From sequence record LR756500.1: a stretch of 64,000 nt of DNA. One strand, written 5' to 3'. Each line of letters opens with the position of its first letter. The stretch's first letter is position 1. The notes under the pieces were generated by a model. It saw nothing but the letters and a program-made list of their open reading frames with translations, made no database searches and was not told the origin of the DNA. Positions 9,550 to 18,493 of this stretch are shown in pieces. Both the position numbers and the translations under genes were made by a program.

Positions 9550-10719
9550 TTAAACTTTTTTAAATTCTATTTTTTTATTATCTATATCTATTTTAGAAAT
9601 AATTACTTCTATTTCTTCATTTTCTTTTAATTCAATACCTTCAAATTCTGATATATGAAGTAAACCTACAATGCTTTTTTCTAATTCGATAAATGCACCA
9701 TAGTTTTTAATTGATGTTATTCTACCTTTTGCTTTGCTTAAAGGTGGATATTTTTTATCTATATCTACCCATAAATCTTTTTGTAATTGAGTTAAAATTA
9801 TTTTATTTTCATTTATAATATCTTTAACTAAAAATTTAACTTTATCTCCAGCTTTAATACTTCTATTATTGAATTTATTTAACCATTCATCATTTAATTC
9901 ATTCATAGGAATTAAACCAGTTAAACAACCAAATTGCGCAAATATTCCAAATTTTGTAGTTCCAGTAATAAATCCTTCATATTCATCATTAATATTATCT
10001 CTAATTTTATCTAAATTATTTCCAACTTGTGTTTTTAGATATTCTCTATGAGATACTACTATAGTACCTTTTTCTTTAGAATAATTTATAGGCATTACAA
10101 TTAATTCTTTTCCTATAAGAGAATTAAAATCAATTAATTTATTCATTCCACCTAAAGATCCTGGCATAAATACTTCTATACTGTCAATTTTTAAAAGATA
10201 ACCACCGTGAATTAATTCTTTTACTATTGCTTTATATGCAACAGGTTTTCCTACTGAATCTAAAATTTCTTGGAATTTATTATCTTTAATAGCATCTGAA
10301 AATGATGCTCTAAAATCATTACTATTATTTTTTGAAATTTTTACTTTAATTTCATTACCTACTTGTAAAAGATCAGAATATTTTTTATCTTCTTTTTTAA
10401 GGTTTAACGTTACTGTATGTTTACTGTCTACTTCTAAGCAAGCATCTTCTTTATTAATTGAAACTATCTTTGCTGTTATCGTACTTCCATTTTGCAATTC
10501 AGTATATTCAAAGTCATTATTAGGACCATTTGTATATAACTCATATGCTTCTTTTACATAAGATTCATCACTAAAGATTTTTGTTTTTCTTGGGATTTCT
10601 AATTCTACGAATTCTTCTTCGAATGGATTGTGTACGTTAGTTTTAATTTTTACTTTTGTTAACATTTTAAAAATAATTAAGGGTTGATAATGGATTAATC
10701 TAGGTGCATTTGGATGCAT
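9550..10719 (-). CDS. rpsA: Ribosomal protein S1-like protein (about 4 S1/OB domains); true start probably MLTKVK near 10665
   Basis: S1 repeats: GSTITAKIVSI, IEVFMPGS, EGFITGTTKFGIFAQF, KGRITSIKNYGAFIELEKSIVGLLHISE. Confidence 0.85.
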   Translation of the reverse strand: MHPNAPRLIHYQPLIIFKMLTKVKIKTNVHNPFEEEFVELEIPRKTKIFSDESYVKEAYELYTNGPNNDFEYTELQNGSTITAKIVSINKEDACLEVDSKHTVTLNLKKEDKKYSDLLQVGNEIKVKISKNNSNDFRASFSDAIKDNKFQEILDSVGKPVAYKAIVKELIHGGYLLKIDSIEVFMPGSLGGMNKLIDFNSLIGKELIVMPINYSKEKGTIVVSHREYLKTQVGNNLDKIRDNINDEYEGFITGTTKFGIFAQFGCLTGLIPMNELNDEWLNKFNNRSIKAGDKVKFLVKDIINENKIILTQLQKDLWVDIDKKYPPLSKAKGRITSIKNYGAFIELEKSIVGLLHISEFEGIELKENEEIEVIISKIDIDNKKIEFKKV

Positions 10720-10862
10720 CCTATTAAATCTAATTTATTAATATAATAGGTACTATTATTTGCAATATGCGTTAAATAAGAGTGTACGTTTAATTTCGTT
10801 GTAACATTCATTAATGTTTAAATTAAAGGATTAAAAAATATATATCATAGGGACTTTTAAAA

Positions 10863-12137
10863 TTATTTAGCTTCACCTTCTCCAGTTTCATCGTCAGTAC
10901 CATTAGATGGATCAGTTTTAAGTATTATAGTATCTCCAGAAGCAGATAATATTTCAGCTGTTAATTTTGTTCCTAAATCAGCATGAAAAAATTCTATTTG
11001 ATTTCCAACTTTAAATGCCTTAGAAGGATCTGCTTTTTCATTATCTAATTTTAATGCTTTACTAGATGCTACATATCCTAAAACTTTAAATGGTGGTTGA
11101 GATGGAACACCAGCTGGAAAAAATAAACCTAAAATAGTTTCAGGTTTCAATAATCCAATCATCCATTTTATTATACATTGAACTAACAATAAAAAAGATA
11201 TTATTTTATCAAATCCTGGATATGATACTGCCATATCCATTAATTCATCTATTGTTAATTTAGGTGCTCCTATTTTAAATATTCTATCAAAAAATGCTTG
11301 AACACCTGCTGCTATACCACTTATATCTACAACAGGAGGTGCAAATGATTTAGCTATTTCAGCTATAACGGGACCTAATATATCACCAATCATTCCTAAT
11401 ACAAATCCAACAGGGTCAGATGCAATTTCAGTTAATTTATTTACTGCTGCTATAATATCAGTAGTTAAATCTTTTACAATATCTACTACAGCTTTAATAA
11501 GTCCTATTGCAAATTTAATAGGTAAAAATATTATTCCAATTATCTTAACATAAGGTATAAGATCAGTTAATAATTTACCAAATCCATCTATAGGAATATT
11601 CAATAATTGCATTACTTGATCAATAATTTCTTGACCTAATGCTTGCAATGTATCTGGTATTAAAAGCTTAGCCTCATCTAACCATTTTTTCCAATCTATA
11701 TCTGTTAATGTTAATGTATTTACTATTATATCTATTATAGCATCACCACTTGGAATAGGAACCATTAAAAAATCAAAAGGTTTTAATAATTTTGAAATTA
11801 TAAATTCAACAACACTCATTGGTAAATTTGCTAATAAATCACTAATAGCACTTACAAGAGCAGCTACTTTACCGGCAAATTCAGCAGGAGCTTCTATACC
11901 AGCTTTTAATGCTTCTGTTACAGCAGAAACTAAACCTATTAAAGGTTCATACGGAGTAGTAATACCTTTTTCAAAACTTCTTATTATAGTTTTTACTAAA
12001 GCACCCATACCTGGCTTTTCTGTATTCATATCTATTTCTAAACCTGAATCTTTTAAACAACTACCCAAGTCATCTATCATTTGTTGTAATTGTGAATCTT
12101 GTATCAATACTGGGTTTAAACCAAAATCTGCTGCCAT
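10863..12137 (-). CDS. Hypothetical amphipathic helical protein downstream of the spike gene
   Basis: 424 aa, long Ile/Leu/Pro-rich amphipathic helices; 3-nt gap to the gp5-like gene. Confidence 0.6.
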   Translation of the reverse strand: MAADFGLNPVLIQDSQLQQMIDDLGSCLKDSGLEIDMNTEKPGMGALVKTIIRSFEKGITTPYEPLIGLVSAVTEALKAGIEAPAEFAGKVAALVSAISDLLANLPMSVVEFIISKLLKPFDFLMVPIPSGDAIIDIIVNTLTLTDIDWKKWLDEAKLLIPDTLQALGQEIIDQVMQLLNIPIDGFGKLLTDLIPYVKIIGIIFLPIKFAIGLIKAVVDIVKDLTTDIIAAVNKLTEIASDPVGFVLGMIGDILGPVIAEIAKSFAPPVVDISGIAAGVQAFFDRIFKIGAPKLTIDELMDMAVSYPGFDKIISFLLLVQCIIKWMIGLLKPETILGLFFPAGVPSQPPFKVLGYVASSKALKLDNEKADPSKAFKVGNQIEFFHADLGTKLTAEILSASGDTIILKTDPSNGTDDETGEGEAK

Positions 12138-12140
12138 AAT

Positions 12141-12923
12141 TTATTCTGTAAAAGATTTAGTACTTAATGGTGTTTCAAAGCCCATAGATATAGGGGTACC
12201 TGTGGGCGAACCTAAATTTCCGATGTGACAGTGCCCGTCAAATATAGGTTTAAAGCTCGTTCCTTGTACAAGAGCTTCTGCTGCAGCTGCCCCTAATTTT
12301 ATTTTAGTTGCTTCTACTTCAGCTGTTCCAGATACTGTTAATGTTGCATCACCAGAACATTCACCTACTATGTTAACGCATTTAACGTTTATGTCAGCAG
12401 CTACTTCTAAGTTAACTGTGCCATCTGCTAATATTTCAAATAAATCTCCATTAGGATTTGTAATATGAAAGTTATTGTCAGGATCTAAATTAATTATAGT
12501 TTCTTTATAATCTATACTTAATCCTTTTCCTTGTGTAAAATAAATTTTTAAAGCTTCATCTGTATCAAATATTAAAGAATGAAAATTTATAGGATCTGTT
12601 TTAATTTCTTCTTTTAATTCATCAGAAATTCTTTGATGAAAAAAGTATTCAGGATGATAAATATTACCATTATCAAATTTAATTGATACTATAGATCCAA
12701 CTCTTGGAACTGAATAATAACCACCACCTGTTATTGATCCAGCTGTAGTATTATTAGCAGGATAAGCCCATGGAATATGTTCATTCGATAAATTATCAAA
12801 TTTACCATATACTTTTACTTTTATTCTTCCTTCATATTGAGGATCTTCATTAACAACTACTTCACCTAACCAAGTAGATGTTGTTAAATTGTCACTATAA
12901 TATTCTTCTTGTGTTAGTCTCAT
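12141..12923 (-). CDS. Baseplate central spike, gp5/gpV/Gp138-like
   Basis: N-terminal OB motif WLGEVVVNEDPQYEGRIKVKVYG...IPWA, beta-helix region, C-terminal metal-binding HxH (GHCHIGNLGSPT). Confidence 0.85.
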   Translation of the reverse strand: MRLTQEEYYSDNLTTSTWLGEVVVNEDPQYEGRIKVKVYGKFDNLSNEHIPWAYPANNTTAGSITGGGYYSVPRVGSIVSIKFDNGNIYHPEYFFHQRISDELKEEIKTDPINFHSLIFDTDEALKIYFTQGKGLSIDYKETIINLDPDNNFHITNPNGDLFEILADGTVNLEVAADINVKCVNIVGECSGDATLTVSGTAEVEATKIKLGAAAAEALVQGTSFKPIFDGHCHIGNLGSPTGTPISMGFETPLSTKSFTE

Positions 12924-12925
12924 AA

Positions 12926-14605
12926 TTAATTGTATACATTTTCATTATTAATTGAACCATGATTTAATGTTCCATCTGGAAATATAACTATTTTGTTTAT
13001 AATTAAATCTTTATTTAAAGTATTATCGGGCAAAATATCTATATTTCCTAAATTTAAAGAAATAGGTCTATGTTGAAAAATATTCATAGGGTTAAAATTA
13101 TCATTGGTAGCTAAATGTTTACCTGAAAATATATTATCAGTATCTGCAGGTTTATAACTTTCAGTTCCATCTGGTAAAATAGATAATTTAAATGGCCTAT
13201 TTGTATTAATACTATTAGGAAAAATATTATCTTTATCTACAGCATTATAGCTTTTAGTTCCAACTGGTAATAAAGGTTCTGTATTAGATTTAATATAACT
13301 AGCAGTTCCATCTTTAAGTATAGGTTCTTCATTTAAATCAAATGTTCCGTGTGTTATATTTTGATATATTTTAACTTGGTTCATTTTAAATTTAGACACA
13401 TCTATACCATGAAGTCCTTTATAAATATTATCACTCATTCCAAATAAACCTTTAGCAAATTTAGTAACTCCACTTTCAATTGCACCACTTACTTTATCAA
13501 TAGCTCCATTAATAACAGCCATTCCTTTTCTTAAATATTTATTACTAGGCATATGAATGCCTGAATCCATTTGTATAAATCTTTTTCTTTTAGATTTATC
13601 TATAGTACCTTCTATTTTATCTTTAGGTGTACCATTTTTAAGCATAGGATGATCTGTAATAATACTAGAATACCAAAGTGGAGCAGAATCTATTTCAAGT
13701 ACTTGATATTCAAAAACTAATTGTTGTTTAGTAGGTTCTGGTCTAACATTAGTAATATTTTCCCAGAATGCAGTACTCTCCATAGTATTGAATTCGCATT
13801 TTTTCGCAATAATAACATATTGAGTTAAATTTTTCATTAATCTTCTAGCTGGATTATCACTATTATCACTACCTACATTATGACTTCTTGGTGCTAAATC
13901 TAAACCACTTAAAAGAGGAGTTGTATTATCAGCTTTCTTTTCTTTTATAAAATCTGTTTTACTATGAAATGGTCTAATATCTTGTATAAGAATTGTTACA
14001 TTAAATTTTACAAGATTAGCAGGTATTATTTCCCTAACGAATTTAGAATCATAAGTAGCTGCTCTATATAAATCAAGTAATCCTGTTATAGCAAAATCCA
14101 TAGATTCTAAACAATCAATAGATATTTTAGCATCATCACCTCCAGCAAAAGTAGAAAAATGATTATTATAAGTTTGCCATAATCTATCTAATCCAGTAAT
14201 TCCTTGCCAATACCAAGGTTGATTTTGATTAATATATTGTAATCTGTTATAAAATTCTTGTAAATATTCTAATCTTATAGTTTCATTTTGTCTATATAAA
14301 TATCCAGCTGCGCTATCTGCTGGATATGAAGGCTGTCCACTGCCTCCACTTCCACCCTGAAGACCTTTAAATAATGGGCTATCATACCAATCAAATAATA
14401 ATTTAAATCCAAGATATGTAGGTTCACTGTATCTGCTATAGTCATGTGCAGTTCCTTTTTTAAATGCATTAACATCTGCAGACCAAAAAGTAGTACCTTT
14501 ATTATCTATATCAGCATGATACATGATAGTTTTAGGATAATTACCTTTCAATAATCCTCCAACTGCGCCTTTTGCGGCATTCATTCCATCTTCTACTAAT
14601 CCCAT
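12926..14605 (-). CDS. Putative tail/baseplate structural protein (tube-like fold possible)
   Basis: Lies between hub and spike genes; EPTYLGFKLLFDW and WYWQGITGL motifs; fold is inference. Confidence 0.45.
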   Translation of the reverse strand: MGLVEDGMNAAKGAVGGLLKGNYPKTIMYHADIDNKGTTFWSADVNAFKKGTAHDYSRYSEPTYLGFKLLFDWYDSPLFKGLQGGSGGSGQPSYPADSAAGYLYRQNETIRLEYLQEFYNRLQYINQNQPWYWQGITGLDRLWQTYNNHFSTFAGGDDAKISIDCLESMDFAITGLLDLYRAATYDSKFVREIIPANLVKFNVTILIQDIRPFHSKTDFIKEKKADNTTPLLSGLDLAPRSHNVGSDNSDNPARRLMKNLTQYVIIAKKCEFNTMESTAFWENITNVRPEPTKQQLVFEYQVLEIDSAPLWYSSIITDHPMLKNGTPKDKIEGTIDKSKRKRFIQMDSGIHMPSNKYLRKGMAVINGAIDKVSGAIESGVTKFAKGLFGMSDNIYKGLHGIDVSKFKMNQVKIYQNITHGTFDLNEEPILKDGTASYIKSNTEPLLPVGTKSYNAVDKDNIFPNSINTNRPFKLSILPDGTESYKPADTDNIFSGKHLATNDNFNPMNIFQHRPISLNLGNIDILPDNTLNKDLIINKIVIFPDGTLNHGSINNENVYN

Positions 14606-14615
14606 TTTCTATATT

Positions 14616-15821
14616 TTATTTTGATGCGATGTAGTTTAATTTAAAATTAGAGGGACCACATACTCCTCTATGTAAAATATTCACTGCTGCATTATAATCT
14701 GCATCAATCTCTATTTTACAGCTTGAACATAAATAAACTTCACCTTTACGACTCTCTTTATCTATATTCGCGCATTTTGAACAAGTCTGGCTAGTATACG
14801 CTGGATTCACCTGCTTAATAAAGAAACCTTCTTCCTCGGCCAATAAATTTAATCTAGCATACACCTTTGGATAACTCCATCGCTGTATCTTATTCATTAT
14901 TTTGTTATTTATATATTTGTTTGAATTATATTTAACATTTTTTAATTCTTCAATAATCAATTGATCGGGACTTTCATTTCTTATAAACTCTTTAACAGTT
15001 ACATTAATTAACTCATCTCTTTCAATCAATGCTCTTTTAAATGATTTACTACCTTGCTCTTTTCTAGCTATCTTATAATAAATATTAAATAATTCTTTTC
15101 CATAATGTTCTCCTGAACTAGAAGATATTAATTTTTTATATCCTGTATCTATTCCTATAGACTTAATTATTTCTTTCTTTTTAGGTTCTTTCTTTTCCCA
15201 TATTAAATCTATAAAAAATTTATCATCTTTTTTTCTTAATATTATTGTATTCTTTCTGTTCCAATTTTCGTTTATAAACCTATTACTTTGTCTATAATGC
15301 TTAATAGGAATATTAATTTTAACTGATAAATGTTTATTATCTTGAAAATAAGGAGTTTTAATTCTAATAAATTCATCAAATATATTTCCTTTTTTAATAT
15401 CAAATAATCTATTATCAATATACAATGAAACATTTTTAATTTGAATTTTTGGAATTCTTTTGATATAATTTATGTTTAATTCACTAAATCTTTTAGATGT
15501 AAAGTTTTGATGAATATTATTTTTTATACATTTAGAATAAAGATATTTATATTTTTTATAAACTTTATTTTTAGATTTTTCTGTAGTACTTTTAATTATT
15601 TCAATTGCTTGTTTATATATAATATGTTTCCATTGAGAGTGTTTAAAAATATAATTTGGTAAAATTTTAGATGATATAAATTTTTCAAAAGGTAAAGTTT
15701 TGTTTAAAATTAGATCGATATAATATTGAAGCATTAGTTTATAATCATTATAGAATTGATCTATAATATTTAATTTTTCTTTATTTGAAAAACTTAAAAC
15801 ATGCTTACTCGTTCTTATCAT
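14616..15821 (-). mobile_element. tnpB: TnpB RNA-guided endonuclease (IS200/IS605-type), copy 1, no tnpA
   Basis: RuvC-I GIDTG, RuvC-II IIEEL, VNPAYTSQTCSKC...CSSC zinc finger, RuvC-III DADYNAAVNI all intact. Confidence 0.92.
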
Positions 15822-15871
15822 AATATATTTTCTTTAATAAATAAAAATTTTAATCAAATTGATGCGATGTA
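14621..15871. repeat. Exact 13-bp direct repeat TTGATGCGATGTA at 14621-14633 and 15859-15871 flanking tnpB copy 1
   Basis: Read directly; encodes YIAS in both the hub gene C-terminus (EYIASI) and the TnpB C-terminus (NYIASK). Confidence 0.9.
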
Positions 15872-17260
15872 CTCTCTTTTAAGAAGAGTTAATCTTTGTT
15901 TAATTGGTCCTGGAAAATTATAAAAATATGTTATATCCGCAATAACATAATCACCACTTAAAAAATCATTTTTTAAAGGTGTTTTATCTAATGAATTTAC
16001 TGTCTCTTCTTTCTGTATACTTTTAGCAGTTTCTTCATAATTAAAAATAAATATAGGAACACTCTGAAATTTAGTTAATGTCATATCTGCAGATTCTAAA
16101 ACTATATTCATTCCCATTTTAAATATTTCAGTTTTGTTTTGAAAGTTTAATACTTCAGAATATTTAAAATTTTCATGAACATTACCATCTGTTCTAGAAT
16201 CTTGTTTTCCTAAATATTTATATTTAACATGAGTATCAGAAACACCTTCAGGTACAAAATTATCCCCTTGTTTAATTAATCTTCCTTTTAAATGAACCAT
16301 ATTTTCAGAACCTTCAGTTGTTAATGGATCAACAAATTCACTTACATATTGATCTCCATCTACTTCAAAAAATTGCGCGTATCTTTTATATCCATTCATA
16401 AGAAATATTGTTCCACTATTATTAAACATTTGATAATCAGTAATATATTTAGAAGTCCCTTCGAATGTAACATGATTAGTTAACATTAAAGGAGCTTTTT
16501 GAATATCTTTTTTTAATTCATCAGGTGATACAGTATATCTAGCATCATTAACTCTATAAATTTCTGATTCAGTTATTTCAGAATCAATAGAAAATTGTTT
16601 ATTAATATTTATAAAACATAAATTATAATACGAGTCAATATATGATGTAAAAAAACTCGTATCATCTTTATATACATTTGATAAAGAATCCTTTAAAAAC
16701 TTTATTGTTGTATCTAATGGATTAATCCATTTCATTTTATCATTAGTATTTTCTTCATTAGTGGCAAATCCTAATTCTAATTTTTGAGAAATTTCTAAAA
16801 ATAAATCATAACTACTCATGTCATAAGATTCACAAAATTCAGTTAATAGATTTGGTACTTTCATTTGACCATAAATAGTAAATAATGTAGGTAACTTAGA
16901 AGATTTATCTCTAAATTGTGGACTAACGGATAAAATATCAAAATCTATTCTTATTTGTTTAAATACTTCTTCATTATTAGATCTTATTAAAAAGTTAATA
17001 ACATCACCATCTCTTGGAAAAAATCTGGACATAAAGTTCATACTTTTATCTTGAACATTAACTCTAATTGTTGGTAAAAATGATGTTAAATTTAATTCAA
17101 ATGAACCTAATTCTTTTATATCAAATTCATAACCATTTATTTTAATTAATGGGAGATGTATACCTCCAAAATCTGAAGCATCACTTTCAGGAATAGCCAT
17201 TTCATCAATAGTTATGGTTTTTTCAGTTATATTTAATATTGTATTTTCTAAATTTGCCAT
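15854..17260 (-). CDS. Baseplate hub protein, gp27/late-control-D-like
   Basis: LPTIRVNVQD near the N-terminus; C-terminal GDYVIADITYFY...QRLTLLKRE typical of hub proteins; synteny. Confidence 0.6.
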   Translation of the reverse strand: MANLENTILNITEKTITIDEMAIPESDASDFGGIHLPLIKINGYEFDIKELGSFELNLTSFLPTIRVNVQDKSMNFMSRFFPRDGDVINFLIRSNNEEVFKQIRIDFDILSVSPQFRDKSSKLPTLFTIYGQMKVPNLLTEFCESYDMSSYDLFLEISQKLELGFATNEENTNDKMKWINPLDTTIKFLKDSLSNVYKDDTSFFTSYIDSYYNLCFININKQFSIDSEITESEIYRVNDARYTVSPDELKKDIQKAPLMLTNHVTFEGTSKYITDYQMFNNSGTIFLMNGYKRYAQFFEVDGDQYVSEFVDPLTTEGSENMVHLKGRLIKQGDNFVPEGVSDTHVKYKYLGKQDSRTDGNVHENFKYSEVLNFQNKTEIFKMGMNIVLESADMTLTKFQSVPIFIFNYEETAKSIQKEETVNSLDKTPLKNDFLSGDYVIADITYFYNFPGPIKQRLTLLKREYIASI

Positions 17261-17263
17261 TTA

Positions 17264-17869
17264 TTATTGTTTAATAGTTTTAAAATTTGCATCAAATGTT
17301 ATTTTACCGTTTTTTATAATAGTTCCTTTTTCTCCAGGTTGTAAATAATTAGTTGGTAATACTTCTTTAACAGCTCCTTTTTTTCCTTTAGCTTTTTCTT
17401 TTAATCTATCTATTCTATTCTGATCTTTTTCTGTTAATCTATCTATATCAACATATTGAGATCTTAAATCTTTTGCAACAGGTTCACCTGGAGTTTCATA
17501 TACATCAGAAGCATTATCTACTTTTGGTATAACTAAAATATCTCCAACATTAATACTAAATGGATTATAAATCGCATTAGCTTTACAAATCAAATCAATA
17601 TATTCAGTACTACCATAATATGTTAATGCTATTAAATCCATTCTCATAGCAGTCTCTTCAGTAACATAATAAATAGCCATGGTTTTAAGATCAATATCAT
17701 GCTTAATTGATTGAGATGATAAATCTAAATATTTATCTCCATCTTCATCAGTAAGAGTTTTTTTATTTTGTAAAGATTTAATATTCATATTTATTTTATT
17801 TTTTAAATCCAAAAAATCCAAAATCATCTGCATTATACAAAAGATCATACTTCTTTCTAACCCAATCAC
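17264..17869 (-). CDS. Baseplate wedge gp53-like / LysM-like protein; true start probably MNIKSL at 17788
   Basis: RMDLIALTYYGSTEYIDLICKANAIYNPFSINVGDILVIP. Confidence 0.75.
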   Translation of the reverse strand: MIGLERSMIFCIMQMILDFLDLKNKINMNIKSLQNKKTLTDEDGDKYLDLSSQSIKHDIDLKTMAIYYVTEETAMRMDLIALTYYGSTEYIDLICKANAIYNPFSINVGDILVIPKVDNASDVYETPGEPVAKDLRSQYVDIDRLTEKDQNRIDRLKEKAKGKKGAVKEVLPTNYLQPGEKGTIIKNGKITFDANFKTIKQ

Positions 17870-18485
17870 TCACCTTTAACTTTCTTATTAACTCATACTT
17901 TATATATAAACTAGAATCTTGACTTAACCAATTATCAACTATATAATCTATATTATTTATATTTAATATTTTTAAATTTAAATCTAATAATTCTATAGGT
18001 AATATTGATGATTCATTATTTTTAAAATTAATTGATATATCTAATATATTTAAATTTTTTAATTTTAGCAATATAGTTGGAAAAGTAATAAAATTATTTT
18101 TAGATAAATATAAACCTCCTAAATTTTTTAAATTACCTATTTCCTTCGGCAACTCAGTTAATTGATTATCATGCAAATATAAATCTTTTAATTTTTCTAA
18201 TTTTCCTATTTCTTTAGGTAACTCCTTTAAATTATTATTAAATGCAGTTAATATTTTTAAATTTTTTAAATTACCTATCTCTTTTGGTAATTGTGTTAAT
18301 TTATTGTTATATAAAAATAAACGTTCTAAATTTTTCAATTTACCTATTTCTTTAGGTAAGTCATTTATATTTTTATCATTTAATCCTAAATCTTTTATAT
18401 TTAAATCTTTTAATATTAAATTTAAAATTTTTTCACTTTGCTTTGATTCATTTAAAAAATCCTTATATTTTTTAATATATTTCAT
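17796..18485 (-). CDS. Leucine-rich-repeat protein with CTS-like tag
   Basis: Tandem 23-aa LRRs LxxLxLxxNxLxxLPKEIGxL; starts MKYIKKYKDFLNE; ends NADDFGFFGFKK. Confidence 0.9.
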   Translation of the reverse strand: MKYIKKYKDFLNESKQSEKILNLILKDLNIKDLGLNDKNINDLPKEIGKLKNLERLFLYNNKLTQLPKEIGNLKNLKILTAFNNNLKELPKEIGKLEKLKDLYLHDNQLTELPKEIGNLKNLGGLYLSKNNFITFPTILLKLKNLNILDISINFKNNESSILPIELLDLNLKILNINNIDYIVDNWLSQDSSLYIKYELIRKLKVSDWVRKKYDLLYNADDFGFFGFKK

Positions 18486-18493
18486 AGTTAATT

